A stretch of 64,000 nucleotides of DNA from Phycisphaerae bacterium (lineage in GTDB: Bacteria > Planctomycetota > Phycisphaerae > UBA1845). Below, in pieces: positions 40,557-50,070 of this stretch. The stretch's first letter is position 1, and each line of letters opens with the position of its first letter. A model generated the notes under the pieces. That model worked only from the letters and a program-made list of their open reading frames with translations, ran no database searches and was not told where the DNA came from. A program made the position numbers and the translations under genes. The DNA lies in contig CAXXGO010000003.1 of assembly GCA_963666835.2 (NCBI GenBank), positions 416,001-480,000 on the forward strand, in the 5' to 3' direction.

Positions 40557-42968
40557 ATGTTGCGAAATGTGAAAACGACAATCTTGTTAGTCGCGACGCT
40601 TCTAGTCGCCGGATGTGCGAATTCCGACTACATGGGGCCGCGCTATCCGAAGTTCCGGCAGAATCAGCCAAGAGCCCGCGCCGACATCCGGCCCGCGATG
40701 GAACCGAGAATCCTACCGGAAACCTACATGGCGGCGGCGAAGCTGTTCGAACAGCAAGGGAACTACGAACAGGCCATCAAGCAGTATCGCATGGCCGTCG
40801 CGGTGAACCACGACTATGCGGCAGCCTACCACCGCCTCGGTGTACTGCTGAGCGGGGTGGGGCATTACATCGAGTCCGTCGAGGCCCTCGATCGCGCAGC
40901 CGCCCTCCGCCCGGACAACCCCGTCGTGCAGAACAACCTCGCGTTTGTTCTGATGCTCCAGGGTAAGTGGGCCAAGGCGGAACAGCACTTGCGAGCGGCT
41001 ATTGATACTCAGCCGTGGTTTGTTCGCGCCCAGATCAACCTGGGCATGACCCTTGCTCAGTTGGGACGCCGCGACGAAGCTCTGGACACGTTTCGCAAGG
41101 TCCTGCCGGAAACCGACGCATACTACAACTTCGGTTTGATGCTCCGCTCCACGCAGAACTATGACGAGGCCGCGGAAGCGTTCCGCCACGCTCTCAGCCT
41201 GAACCCCGAGTTCTCCGCGGCCGCCAGACAACTCGATCAGATCGCCCATCATCTTACCCCCGCCGAACCGAAAGAGACCGAAGAGCCGGCGGAACCGGAT
41301 GACTTTGCTCGGGAGAAGATGGCCGAAGTGCAGGAACCGTCCGAGCAGACCGTCGCACCGGAAACAGTCGCGGTAGCTCCGCCAACCACGGTCCAACGAC
41401 AGAAGGCAGAACCGACAGCGTCCGCTCAGAAGGAGCAGCCTACTCCCGAGGCTCCAGCTAAAACTGTCGTCGCCACTACTGTCGGCGAAGACCGCTCTTT
41501 CGAGGATCGCCGACCTGCCGATTCTGCACGCAAGACAGAAGTGGCGACGAAAGCCCCGAAACCGGTTCAGCCTCAGAAGAACACCGCTCCCGCAATACCC
41601 ACAACTGCCGCGGGCACGCCCGCGACCTTGGACACGGCCGGTGACTCGGCTGTCGTAAACACAATGATCGACGCGGTCTACCCGGGCCTGATTCGCGAGA
41701 CAGATGACCCCGAAATGGTCTCTCTTTCCCCGCCGACTCCCCAAACCGAAGAGACGCCGGCCGGTAGAGCCGAACCGGATGAGCCGCGCCTAATCGCCGA
41801 GCAGGTGGCTGAACCCGAGAAGGACCCCTGCGAAATCGATACTGTGGTTGTGTTGGGCGAGCCCTACTACGACCCCCCTGCCGTTGAGCCGAAGCAACAG
41901 GATTCCCAAGTGACCACAGCGGTTACACCAACGAAGCCCGCGCGGACTGCGCCTCCGCCTTCCGAGCCCGTAGCGGAGAGCACGCCGGGCTTCAAACCGC
42001 GAGCCGTCGAGACGCCCCGCCCGTCGGAAGACGAGGAGCAACCCTGCGAGATCGATACCGTGGTCGTCTTGGGTGAGCCCTATTACGAGAAGCCGGCCGT
42101 AGCCGTCAAACAACCTGCCAAGGCCGAAGCCCCCGTGCAGCCCAATGGCAACGAGGACGTTATGGACCGCTACGACTGCGAGACGGTCATAGATACGCTG
42201 GCCTTGCTGATTGCCGGGTTCCCGGGCGACATCTATCTCTGGGACAATCTCGATTGGGATCTGGCGGATGCCGTCGAGGCAACACAAACTCCGAATGCCG
42301 CCACGATCACTCTTGTTCATGAGACCTGGGAAGAACCGATTGACGCCAAAGCGTCCCCGGCGACGACCAGCCCGGTCCACGTCACCAAAGCGACTCCGAA
42401 CACGCGGCAGGATAAGTACCGCGCGCTCGATCATCAGCTCACCCTGGTTCGCGAGGAGATTCGCTGCTGGGACGAGACCATCGCAGAAGAGCACCCGGAT
42501 CTCGTATTGGTCGAAGCCATCGAACCGACTCCGGTTTCGCGACCATTGCCTCCGTTCGACGTGAATGCCGAAATGACGCCGCCATTCCCCCCTATCGATA
42601 TGTTTCCCTACCTCGCGGCAACGCGGCGTTTTCCGCTCATTCTGGATCCGGCGCAGCTTACGTTCGACATGACCGAGCAGCTCGACTCTCCGGCCGTCGC
42701 GAAGACGACACCTGAGAAAACCGAGAAACCTACGACCAAGCCCCCTCAACAGCCTGAGCAAGCCCCCGTTCTGGTGCGTGAGCTTCTGCCCGAACCTGCA
42801 GAGAAGGAGGAGGGCAAGACGGAAAAGGAGACCACAAAGAAGCTCCGGAAGCCGACCGCCCAAAACGGCGCCGCGGATTGGCGGGCCATGTTCGGCGAGC
42901 TTGCCGATCAACTCTCCATCGCAGAGAACGAAGTCCGCTGCGTACTGGCAACCGGCATCGAACTCTAG
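40557..42968 (+). CDS. TPR-repeat lipoprotein with long Pro/Thr/Glu-rich disordered tail
   Basis: Lipobox VAGC; about five TPRs (AYHRLG, NNLA, NLG, AYYNFG); low-complexity C-terminal half. Confidence 0.8.
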   Translation: MLRNVKTTILLVATLLVAGCANSDYMGPRYPKFRQNQPRARADIRPAMEPRILPETYMAAAKLFEQQGNYEQAIKQYRMAVAVNHDYAAAYHRLGVLLSGVGHYIESVEALDRAAALRPDNPVVQNNLAFVLMLQGKWAKAEQHLRAAIDTQPWFVRAQINLGMTLAQLGRRDEALDTFRKVLPETDAYYNFGLMLRSTQNYDEAAEAFRHALSLNPEFSAAARQLDQIAHHLTPAEPKETEEPAEPDDFAREKMAEVQEPSEQTVAPETVAVAPPTTVQRQKAEPTASAQKEQPTPEAPAKTVVATTVGEDRSFEDRRPADSARKTEVATKAPKPVQPQKNTAPAIPTTAAGTPATLDTAGDSAVVNTMIDAVYPGLIRETDDPEMVSLSPPTPQTEETPAGRAEPDEPRLIAEQVAEPEKDPCEIDTVVVLGEPYYDPPAVEPKQQDSQVTTAVTPTKPARTAPPPSEPVAESTPGFKPRAVETPRPSEDEEQPCEIDTVVVLGEPYYEKPAVAVKQPAKAEAPVQPNGNEDVMDRYDCETVIDTLALLIAGFPGDIYLWDNLDWDLADAVEATQTPNAATITLVHETWEEPIDAKASPATTSPVHVTKATPNTRQDKYRALDHQLTLVREEIRCWDETIAEEHPDLVLVEAIEPTPVSRPLPPFDVNAEMTPPFPPIDMFPYLAATRRFPLILDPAQLTFDMTEQLDSPAVAKTTPEKTEKPTTKPPQQPEQAPVLVRELLPEPAEKEEGKTEKETTKKLRKPTAQNGAADWRAMFGELADQLSIAENEVRCVLATGIEL

Positions 42969-43392
42969 CTCGTCTCAGCAGACCCCGGCGAATTGCACTC
43001 GCCACGTCATATTGCCAGCAAGAATGGCCAATAGTGGCACCAAGTGCATCATTTCCAGCCACACAGTTGCAGAGGGATACGAAACTCGCTATATTACCGG
43101 GCGGTTAATCGCTCAGGTGACGGCGCGGGCACGGGCCCACCGAATCCGCGTGTAGGCTAGGCAGCCTACAAGGCGGAGGCGGAGGAGCCGAAGGGCGATC
43201 ATAAGAGAACGGGCACTTCGCCACGAGTGTAGGGGTAGGATCGGGACGAACACCGGGCGGCCAGTGCTATTATCGTGTCATGGCGGGACGCGGTTGAGGG
43301 GCGAGTGCGGTTGGCGCCGCGTGTGCTCCAGCAGGCTGCGGGTCGCAAACATTTTCGGGTTCTAATGTAGAATGTTAGGGAGGGTGTCGCTG

Positions 43393-45018
43393 ATGTTTCA
43401 ACGTCACGGATTCGTGGTGCGAGTAGCGTTTGTAGGTCTAATCGCAACCGCTATGGCGGTTGTGCTGAGTTCACCGGTTCTTGCGGAACCGGTGTCGCCT
43501 TGGGGAAGCGACTTGGCTTTGGACCCGGCACGCCCGCCGGGCGAACCGCCGGTGCTTCCCGGTGATATCGCCGGTCTTCAGGCGGGAGCCGATCAGATCG
43601 TCGACCAGCAGTGCCCGGACGGAGGATGGGGCTGGCCTCACGACACCTGCACCACCACCTACCACAACATCACGGGGCCGATCGCGCTGGGTCTGCTTGA
43701 CGCATACCCCCTTACCGGCGACGCCGCCCATTTGGCCTCTGCGGTAGCCGGAGGAGACTTCGATCTTCTGAGCGAATACCCCACCGGCAATCCGCGATTC
43801 GGTAGTTTCACCGCGTATTTCATGTGGAGGCTGTCGGAGGCCTCGGGCGATTCGACCTACAGCGATTTCGCGGCTACCGAGTTCTTTGACGCCCTCGACG
43901 CCGGAACGTATGGTCCGGACGGTGATTGGACCACGGCCGATTTCGTGACCGCAGTTCAGGCAGCCCGCGCGGGCGCCTGGATCAATCTGTTGCCGTGGGA
44001 ATTCAGCACATTAACGTTCACGGCCACCCAGATCGGCAATGCCGGACAAGACGCAGTGTTTCAGGATGCAATCCTGGACGGTCTTGACACGCTCGATAGC
44101 ACGGACCCCGGCAGCGTATACGCCGACCTGCTCGGCCTGGCCGGTGGTATCCGCGGGCTGGCTTTGATTGGAGTAACAACCTTCGACCCGATTAATGCCC
44201 CCAATTGCGCGGCGATTGACGGGATCGATAACCTCGGCGACCTCGCGGACGTGCTCGTCAGTTTTCAGAACGTCGACGGGTCATGGAACTGGCACTCCGC
44301 TGTGCCCGCACCGACGGAGGGTGACAAGGACACCCAGAACTCCGCCTATGCGGTCATGGCCCTGGCTGCGGCCGACCCGCTGCTGGCGGCTGACTACTCG
44401 GCGGCCATCGTAAACGGTCGCACCTGGCTGTGGAGCATGCAGCTCCCGTCGGGCGGTTTCCTCAGCTATCCGGGCGGCGACGAGAACACCGAGGTCGAAG
44501 GCGAGGCCTTGTCAGCACTGGCCGCGCCGATGGGCGCCTGCTGTGCCGTCGCCGGCTCCTGCTCGGTGATCGAAGAGGCCGAGTGTACCGTTGCGGGCGG
44601 AAGTTATCTGGGTGACGGCACCGCGTGCGAAGGCGACGCCGACAGTGACGGCGTAGACGGGGAATGCGGTGACGAATGCCCGGACGATCCGGGAAAGACC
44701 GAGCCGGGCATCTGCGGCTGCGGAACGCCCGACACAGACACCGACGATGATGGTGTCCCGGACTGCCAGGACGGCTGCCCGCTTGACGAGAACAAGATCG
44801 AGCCGGGAATCTGCGGATGTGGCGTGAGTGACTCCGCCGACGATGACGGCGACGGGGTACCCGACTGTATCGACCTTTGCCCGGGAGCGGATGACGCCCT
44901 TTTCGGTCCGGACTGCGTTTCGGCCATCCCGACCGTCTCGACGTGGGGGCTGGTCGTCCTGGCATTGATCGTCCTTACGGGAGCCAAGATCGCGTTCAGC
45001 CGGCGCCGCACGGCATAA
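43393..45018 (+). CDS. Secreted alpha/alpha-toroid (prenyltransferase/QW-repeat-like) protein with TSP3-like repeats and IPTL-CTERM sorting signal
   Basis: QCPDGGWGW, QNVDGSW, QLPSGGF; DxDxDGVPDCxDxCP repeats; C-terminal AIPTVSTWGLVVLAL...RRR. Confidence 0.8.
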   Translation: MFQRHGFVVRVAFVGLIATAMAVVLSSPVLAEPVSPWGSDLALDPARPPGEPPVLPGDIAGLQAGADQIVDQQCPDGGWGWPHDTCTTTYHNITGPIALGLLDAYPLTGDAAHLASAVAGGDFDLLSEYPTGNPRFGSFTAYFMWRLSEASGDSTYSDFAATEFFDALDAGTYGPDGDWTTADFVTAVQAARAGAWINLLPWEFSTLTFTATQIGNAGQDAVFQDAILDGLDTLDSTDPGSVYADLLGLAGGIRGLALIGVTTFDPINAPNCAAIDGIDNLGDLADVLVSFQNVDGSWNWHSAVPAPTEGDKDTQNSAYAVMALAAADPLLAADYSAAIVNGRTWLWSMQLPSGGFLSYPGGDENTEVEGEALSALAAPMGACCAVAGSCSVIEEAECTVAGGSYLGDGTACEGDADSDGVDGECGDECPDDPGKTEPGICGCGTPDTDTDDDGVPDCQDGCPLDENKIEPGICGCGVSDSADDDGDGVPDCIDLCPGADDALFGPDCVSAIPTVSTWGLVVLALIVLTGAKIAFSRRRTA

Positions 45019-45161
45019 CCGAGTTGTTTGAGCAAGGAACGCGGGTTAGCTCTTATCGTGCAGCCCGCATTCCAGCAGATTGCCCGGCGGAGGAGCTGGT
45101 GCCGCGAGACGTAGATTCGCAAGGCAATAGCGCTTGGCCGGGCCCACATACTGAAGAAAAC

Positions 45162-45206
45162 GCGAATGGCGAGTGAGCTGCCCAACAGGCCTCATTCGCC
45201 ATTCGC
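45162..45206. terminator. Bidirectional terminator / REP-like hairpin
   Basis: GCGAATGGCGAGTGAG...CTCATTCGCCATTCGC inverted repeat between convergent genes, with A-rich and T-rich flanks. Confidence 0.55.
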
Positions 45207-45289
45207 CTTTCTACGGTCCCGCCGCCGCGTCAGCCAACGCCTGCCGCAAAAGAAGCCGGCCGGGCAGTTCGTATGGTCGTACGGCACAC

Positions 45290-46417
45290 TCACCGTCGCC
45301 GGCTCCTCAGCAGAACGAGAAACACCGGAACGCCGATCAAGGCGGTAACCACGCCGATGGGCAGCGTCGCGCTGCCCAGGTGCCGCCCGGTTAACGAACC
45401 GGCAAGGCGCATCGTCAGTTGGGACGCCCAATCGCAGATAATCAGAAACGCCCCGCCCGCGATTGCCGACGCCGGAAGCAGGATCCGGCAATCCGGCCCT
45501 ACCAGCAGCGCTAGAGCATGTGGCACGACCAACCCGACGAAGCCGATCGGACCGCAATGGGCTACGACCGCCGCCGTCGCCAACGTCGCAACGAGCACAC
45601 AGACTCCCTGCAGCCGCGTGACATCGACCCCGCGCGCGGCCGCCAGCTCATCCCCAAGCCGGTACTGGTTTAGAGAACGGCTCGCCCCCACCAAGACTAT
45701 CCAGGCCGGCATAACAAACGGGAGAATCACTGCTCCGGAAACCCGCGTGATGGAATCGAGAGACCCCATCATCCATCGAACTGCGGTAAACGTAACCCGC
45801 TCGTCAGATACCGCCGTAACGAACATCATCATCGCCGAACAGAACAGACCGATCGTCACTCCGGCCAGCAGCAGCTCGTTCGAAGTAAGCCGGCGCGAGC
45901 CTCGGGCGATCAAAAACACCGCCCCCACTACGATGACCGCTCCGCCAAACGCGCAGAGCGCCGGCGAGGAGATTCCCAACACCGCAACCGTCCAACCAAG
46001 CCGGATGGCAATCAGAGCGCCGAGTGACCCGCCGCTGGCAATGCCGAGCGTATAGGGCGTCGCAAGGGAGTTCCGAAACAAAACCTGAAACGTCGCCCCG
46101 CAAAGAGCGAGCGTGATACCAACCTGCAAAGCCAGCAGACTCCGCGGGAACCGCTGATCGAAGATGTGCCGGGCTGTTGCTGCGAAACCGGCGGCTTCCT
46201 CCTCGGATACGGTGCCGTCCCCATCGATGTCGGCAAACGCCCGTCCCTGCAGCTCACTTGGCGCGATCTCCATCCCCATTCGCGCCCGCCAGACATCCGC
46301 CCAACCGAACGTGCCCGACTCCGTTCCGATCCCGGGGCTGATGATAAGCAAGGTCAGCACGCCGGCGGTGCCCGCGGCTAGTTGCAGCACATATTTTCTT
46401 CGCGTAAGGCCGGTCAT
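45290..46417 (-). CDS. Iron-siderophore/cobalamin ABC transporter permease (FecCD/BtuC family)
   Basis: RFPRSLLA, FQVLFRNSLATPYTLGIASG, WMMGSL, GPIGFVGLVVPH, PIGVVTALIGVP. Confidence 0.93.
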   Translation of the reverse strand: MTGLTRRKYVLQLAAGTAGVLTLLIISPGIGTESGTFGWADVWRARMGMEIAPSELQGRAFADIDGDGTVSEEEAAGFAATARHIFDQRFPRSLLALQVGITLALCGATFQVLFRNSLATPYTLGIASGGSLGALIAIRLGWTVAVLGISSPALCAFGGAVIVVGAVFLIARGSRRLTSNELLLAGVTIGLFCSAMMMFVTAVSDERVTFTAVRWMMGSLDSITRVSGAVILPFVMPAWIVLVGASRSLNQYRLGDELAAARGVDVTRLQGVCVLVATLATAAVVAHCGPIGFVGLVVPHALALLVGPDCRILLPASAIAGGAFLIICDWASQLTMRLAGSLTGRHLGSATLPIGVVTALIGVPVFLVLLRSRRR

Positions 46418-47208
46418 CCGTTCCCCGCCGCCTCCCCCGCCGGGACGATCCACCACCGTGGGGAATCCCCTGCCATCCTAATCGCCGAAAGGTCTACGCC
46501 GTATACCGGCTGGAGGATTTCCGGAGTCAGAACCTCGGCCGGCGGCCCGCTCGCTATCTGAACGCCATCGTTGAGCACCAGCACATCCGAGCAGAATTGT
46601 GCCGCCAGGTTGACATCGTGCGTCACGACCACCACCGCAAGCCCCTCCCGCACCGCACGATCCCGCAAGATACCAAAGATGTCCAATTGATGCCTAAGGT
46701 CCAGCGATGCGGTAGGCTCATCCAGCAGGAGAAGCTCAGGTTCCTGAGCCAGCGCCGCCGCCAGATGAACGCGCTGGGCCTCGCCGCCGGAAAGTGTCGC
46801 CATCCTTCGTTCCGCAAACGGCAGCGTGGCCGTCCGCTGCATAGCACCCTCCACAATCTCAAGGTCCTCGGCGTTCTCGAATAGGCCAAACGGCCGGTGC
46901 GGAAACCGCCCGAGCAGAACCACCTCTCGAACAGAGAGGTCGATATCGCCGGACACCTGCTGGGGCACGAGAGCGACCCTCCGAGCCCGTTCGCGCGCGG
47001 GGATATCCGCAACCGCAGCCCCGCCGAGGGTAATCACGCCTTGCGTCGGCTTAGTCAACCCGGCCATCAAGCGTAACAGAGTGCTCTTACCCGCGCCGTT
47101 AGGCCCGACGATGGCCCAGTGTTGACCGCCGCCGATCGACAGCGAGACCGGCCCCAGAAACTCCGGTCGGTTCGGAAAGCCGAATTGCACATCTTCGAGG
47201 ACGAGCAT
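46414..47208 (-). CDS. Iron-siderophore/cobalamin ABC transporter ATP-binding protein
   Basis: GPNGAGKST, LSGGEAQR, LLLDEPT, HDVNLA. Confidence 0.95.
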   Translation of the reverse strand: MLVLEDVQFGFPNRPEFLGPVSLSIGGGQHWAIVGPNGAGKSTLLRLMAGLTKPTQGVITLGGAAVADIPARERARRVALVPQQVSGDIDLSVREVVLLGRFPHRPFGLFENAEDLEIVEGAMQRTATLPFAERRMATLSGGEAQRVHLAAALAQEPELLLLDEPTASLDLRHQLDIFGILRDRAVREGLAVVVVTHDVNLAAQFCSDVLVLNDGVQIASGPPAEVLTPEILQPVYGVDLSAIRMAGDSPRWWIVPAGEAAGNG

Positions 47209-47218
47209 GGACTTGGCC

Positions 47219-48163
47219 TTAAGGCTCAATCTCGTCCTCCGAATGGAGCAGTCGGGAAAGTCTCTCGATGATCTCCACATAACGCGGAGAGGGGATCAGG
47301 CAATTGTCTTCCGTGAGGAAGTACACGCGGTCGTTGTCCAGGGCGGGCACCCCCTGGAGCTGCCTCCATTGCTCGAGCATCTCCTGACGAATTGCCGGAG
47401 TAAGCTCCACCTCGGGCATAAGCTCCACGATGACCTCCGGCCTGCGGGCCACGATCCCCTCCGCACTCACCTGGGGGTACGGCATGTCCACGTGGCCAAA
47501 GACGTTTCGCCCGCCCGCAATCTCCAACATCTCGTGCAGGAACGTCCCCTTGCCGGTGGTCAAGACGTTCGCCAGACGGCCCGGGCGCCGCGCCACGGTA
47601 AGAAGGACCCCCGGACGTTGCCGACCCGTGACCCGATCGCGAATGGCCTGCAGGCGGCGGCGCAGATCCATCCGCAGACTCCGAGCTTCGTCAGCGCAGC
47701 CGAGGTAGCGGCCTAATTCGGTTATTCCGGTCTCCACGTCAGCCAGGGTCTCCGTCCTATCGAAGTAGATCGGAATATCCAGCCTGTCACAGAGTGACTC
47801 CACTGAGTCACTCCGCCCGCGCAGCACCAGAAGATCAGGACGCAGGGCGACGATCCTCTCAAGATCAGGATCGAACAGCCCCCCCACGCGCGGCCGCTCG
47901 ATAAGCTCGGGCGGATACACGCAGAACTTGCTCACCCCCACTATCCGATCAGCAACCCCTAGCGCACAGAGAACCTCCGCCGAGTTCGGGGCAATTGTGA
48001 CAATCCGTTGCGGCCCGCGAGGTGCGGAAGTTGCCTCGACGGGTGCCTTGGAGGGATCCGGCGAATTCGCGCTTGCGGCAAGGCCCAACACCCCGGCCAG
48101 GCCGACCGCCAGCAACATCAGCCGGTAGAACCGCCGCCTTGTCAGATAGCTTTGCGCGAACAT
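47219..48163 (-). CDS. Periplasmic binding protein (BtuF/FepB family)
   Basis: RIVTIAPNSAEVLCALG, VGVSKFCVYP, DLERIVALRPDL, PSPR. Confidence 0.9.
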   Translation of the reverse strand: MFAQSYLTRRRFYRLMLLAVGLAGVLGLAASANSPDPSKAPVEATSAPRGPQRIVTIAPNSAEVLCALGVADRIVGVSKFCVYPPELIERPRVGGLFDPDLERIVALRPDLLVLRGRSDSVESLCDRLDIPIYFDRTETLADVETGITELGRYLGCADEARSLRMDLRRRLQAIRDRVTGRQRPGVLLTVARRPGRLANVLTTGKGTFLHEMLEIAGGRNVFGHVDMPYPQVSAEGIVARRPEVIVELMPEVELTPAIRQEMLEQWRQLQGVPALDNDRVYFLTEDNCLIPSPRYVEIIERLSRLLHSEDEIEP

Positions 48164-48248
48164 GCGACCATCGTAGGCCCGCAGCGCCGGCCTGCAAGAA
48201 AAATCCGCGCCCCGGATCGAACATCAGCCAAATCAAGCGAGAATCGAA

Positions 48249-50012
48249 TCAGACTTTGGGGACGAGACAGGCATCCTGCACACTGTGGCCACAGATGCTC
48301 GCTACGCTAACAGTGGCGCGAGGTCGCTCCGCCTTCCCGGGCGACCAACAGAACAACCGATCGCGAAGCTCATTCGTAGCGACGATCAGATCAGGGGCAA
48401 CCTCGACTCGACGCAAAGTCTGACCGCCCGCCTCATAACGACAGGCGAAGCTGTCGCCTATCACACAGGCATGGACGTGCAAAGACGTGTCCGTGAAGAC
48501 CAAACGCCGCACACCCTGCGTCGCCAGCAACCAAACCGACTCGGCCGCCCGTTGTGACCCGCGGTGCAAACGCTCCGGACTCGAGTCTTGCCCTGGTCTC
48601 CAGCGTAGGACATCCCCCGCGCTGTTGCCCGCAAACACGCCATCCGAAGTGGCACAGACCGCGGAAATCGCGCCCTCGCTGCCAGTGTAAACGCTCGCGG
48701 GACGATGCGACCGGTCGTCAGCCGGCCAGCGGATTACTCGATCGTCGATCGCACAATACAAATCGCCGGCTAGTAAGGTAATCCCCCGGACGGTCTGCGC
48801 ATCGCGGGTCATTGACTCAAAACACCGCCGGACGTTCTCTACGTCACCGATATCCCACTCACATATACCCAGCTCGGAGTGAGAGCCAAACACCCGCCCG
48901 CCAACTGCTACCACCGAGTTGAACCCGTATCGAACCACAGGGGCTTCCGCAACGGGCAGAACCAGGTCCGGTGCCGACGCTTCCAACGGCAGCCGGTAGA
49001 CGCCGGTGGCGGCGCCCAGCAACAACGCCTGTTCGCCGTTTTCCGCCTGCGCTAACTGCACCGACCGTACCGCCCCCACGGCCCCAGCAATCGGTATCGT
49101 CATTCGCGGAGCTTCCAAGCTATCCGCAGCGAAGAAGAGCAATTCGCCTCCTGCGCTCACGACGATCCACTGAGTGCGGTCCGTTGGCACGTCGGAGGCG
49201 AATAAAGCCTCATACAACTCGCCGCGCTGGTGTTCGGAGAACGTGCGGAGCAACTCCGGCATATCCGCATCCGGCGAGTCCGCGGACATTGCTTTTAGAC
49301 GCTCCAACATCGACGCCAGATGGTCGAGATGGTCGCCCTGAGCCCGTTCAAGGGCACGCTGGACCCCGCGGGCGGCCACGTGTTCGGCTTGGCTGCGCAC
49401 CGCCCGCTGCTGAGTATCACGAATCTGACGAAGCGTGTCCGACGAAACCAGCACGGTGGGCTTGCCCTGCAAAGTCAATCCGGCGGCGAAACACGCGCCA
49501 TCAAGAGCCGCAACGAGGGCATCGGCCACCCTCTCGCCGGCACTGCCCTCCACAAGTTCCGCGGCCTCGTGCTCGGCGGTTGACCGCAGTACGCTATCGC
49601 GAACTGCAGATGCGAGAGCCGTTAAAAGGGACTCGGTCCGCACAGTGCGTCTGCTGCCGAGGATCTTCTCGCTGAACGATCGCAATTCACCGACTTCCGG
49701 AACGGGCGCCACACTCAACCGAACATCCGCCCGACATCGATATCGATCACTCGTGAGGGCATCTTCCACCCTCAAGGCCACCTCGACCGGAGAGACCCGC
49801 ACAAAGAGCAGATCGTCCGCGTCACCCGCCTCGACCACCGCCCCGGGCGGGGCCACTACGTGGTCGCGAGTCGTTCGAGTTACAAGCGCCGCCCAACCGT
49901 GTGGCAGGTCCAATGACCGAGTCAGCAAGCCGAAAACATCCGCAGCCGGAGCAATAGCGGCGAGGTTGCCGTCGTCAGCAAAGAACTTTTTGAGATTGAA
50001 CTTCCCAGCCAT
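48249..50012 (-). CDS. SPFH/Band-7-like N-terminal domain, coiled coil and C-terminal beta-propeller (WD40-like) protein
   Basis: N-terminal beta-rich region then helices ending in CFAAGLTL (SPFH-like end); helical linker; repeated 4-strand blades with AGNSAGDVLRW-type motifs. Confidence 0.55.
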   Translation of the reverse strand: MAGKFNLKKFFADDGNLAAIAPAADVFGLLTRSLDLPHGWAALVTRTTRDHVVAPPGAVVEAGDADDLLFVRVSPVEVALRVEDALTSDRYRCRADVRLSVAPVPEVGELRSFSEKILGSRRTVRTESLLTALASAVRDSVLRSTAEHEAAELVEGSAGERVADALVAALDGACFAAGLTLQGKPTVLVSSDTLRQIRDTQQRAVRSQAEHVAARGVQRALERAQGDHLDHLASMLERLKAMSADSPDADMPELLRTFSEHQRGELYEALFASDVPTDRTQWIVVSAGGELLFFAADSLEAPRMTIPIAGAVGAVRSVQLAQAENGEQALLLGAATGVYRLPLEASAPDLVLPVAEAPVVRYGFNSVVAVGGRVFGSHSELGICEWDIGDVENVRRCFESMTRDAQTVRGITLLAGDLYCAIDDRVIRWPADDRSHRPASVYTGSEGAISAVCATSDGVFAGNSAGDVLRWRPGQDSSPERLHRGSQRAAESVWLLATQGVRRLVFTDTSLHVHACVIGDSFACRYEAGGQTLRRVEVAPDLIVATNELRDRLFCWSPGKAERPRATVSVASICGHSVQDACLVPKV

Positions 50013-50070
50013 GATTCCGTCACTCAATGATCGCTTCGCAGTCTCAGCAAGCGCTGTAGCCGCCGCACCC

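Noticed and set aside
48164..48248. Cobalamin riboswitch upstream of the BtuF-like gene
   Set aside because: The gap is only ~85 nt and no B12-box is recognisable, so the substrate (B12 versus iron complex) stays unresolved.
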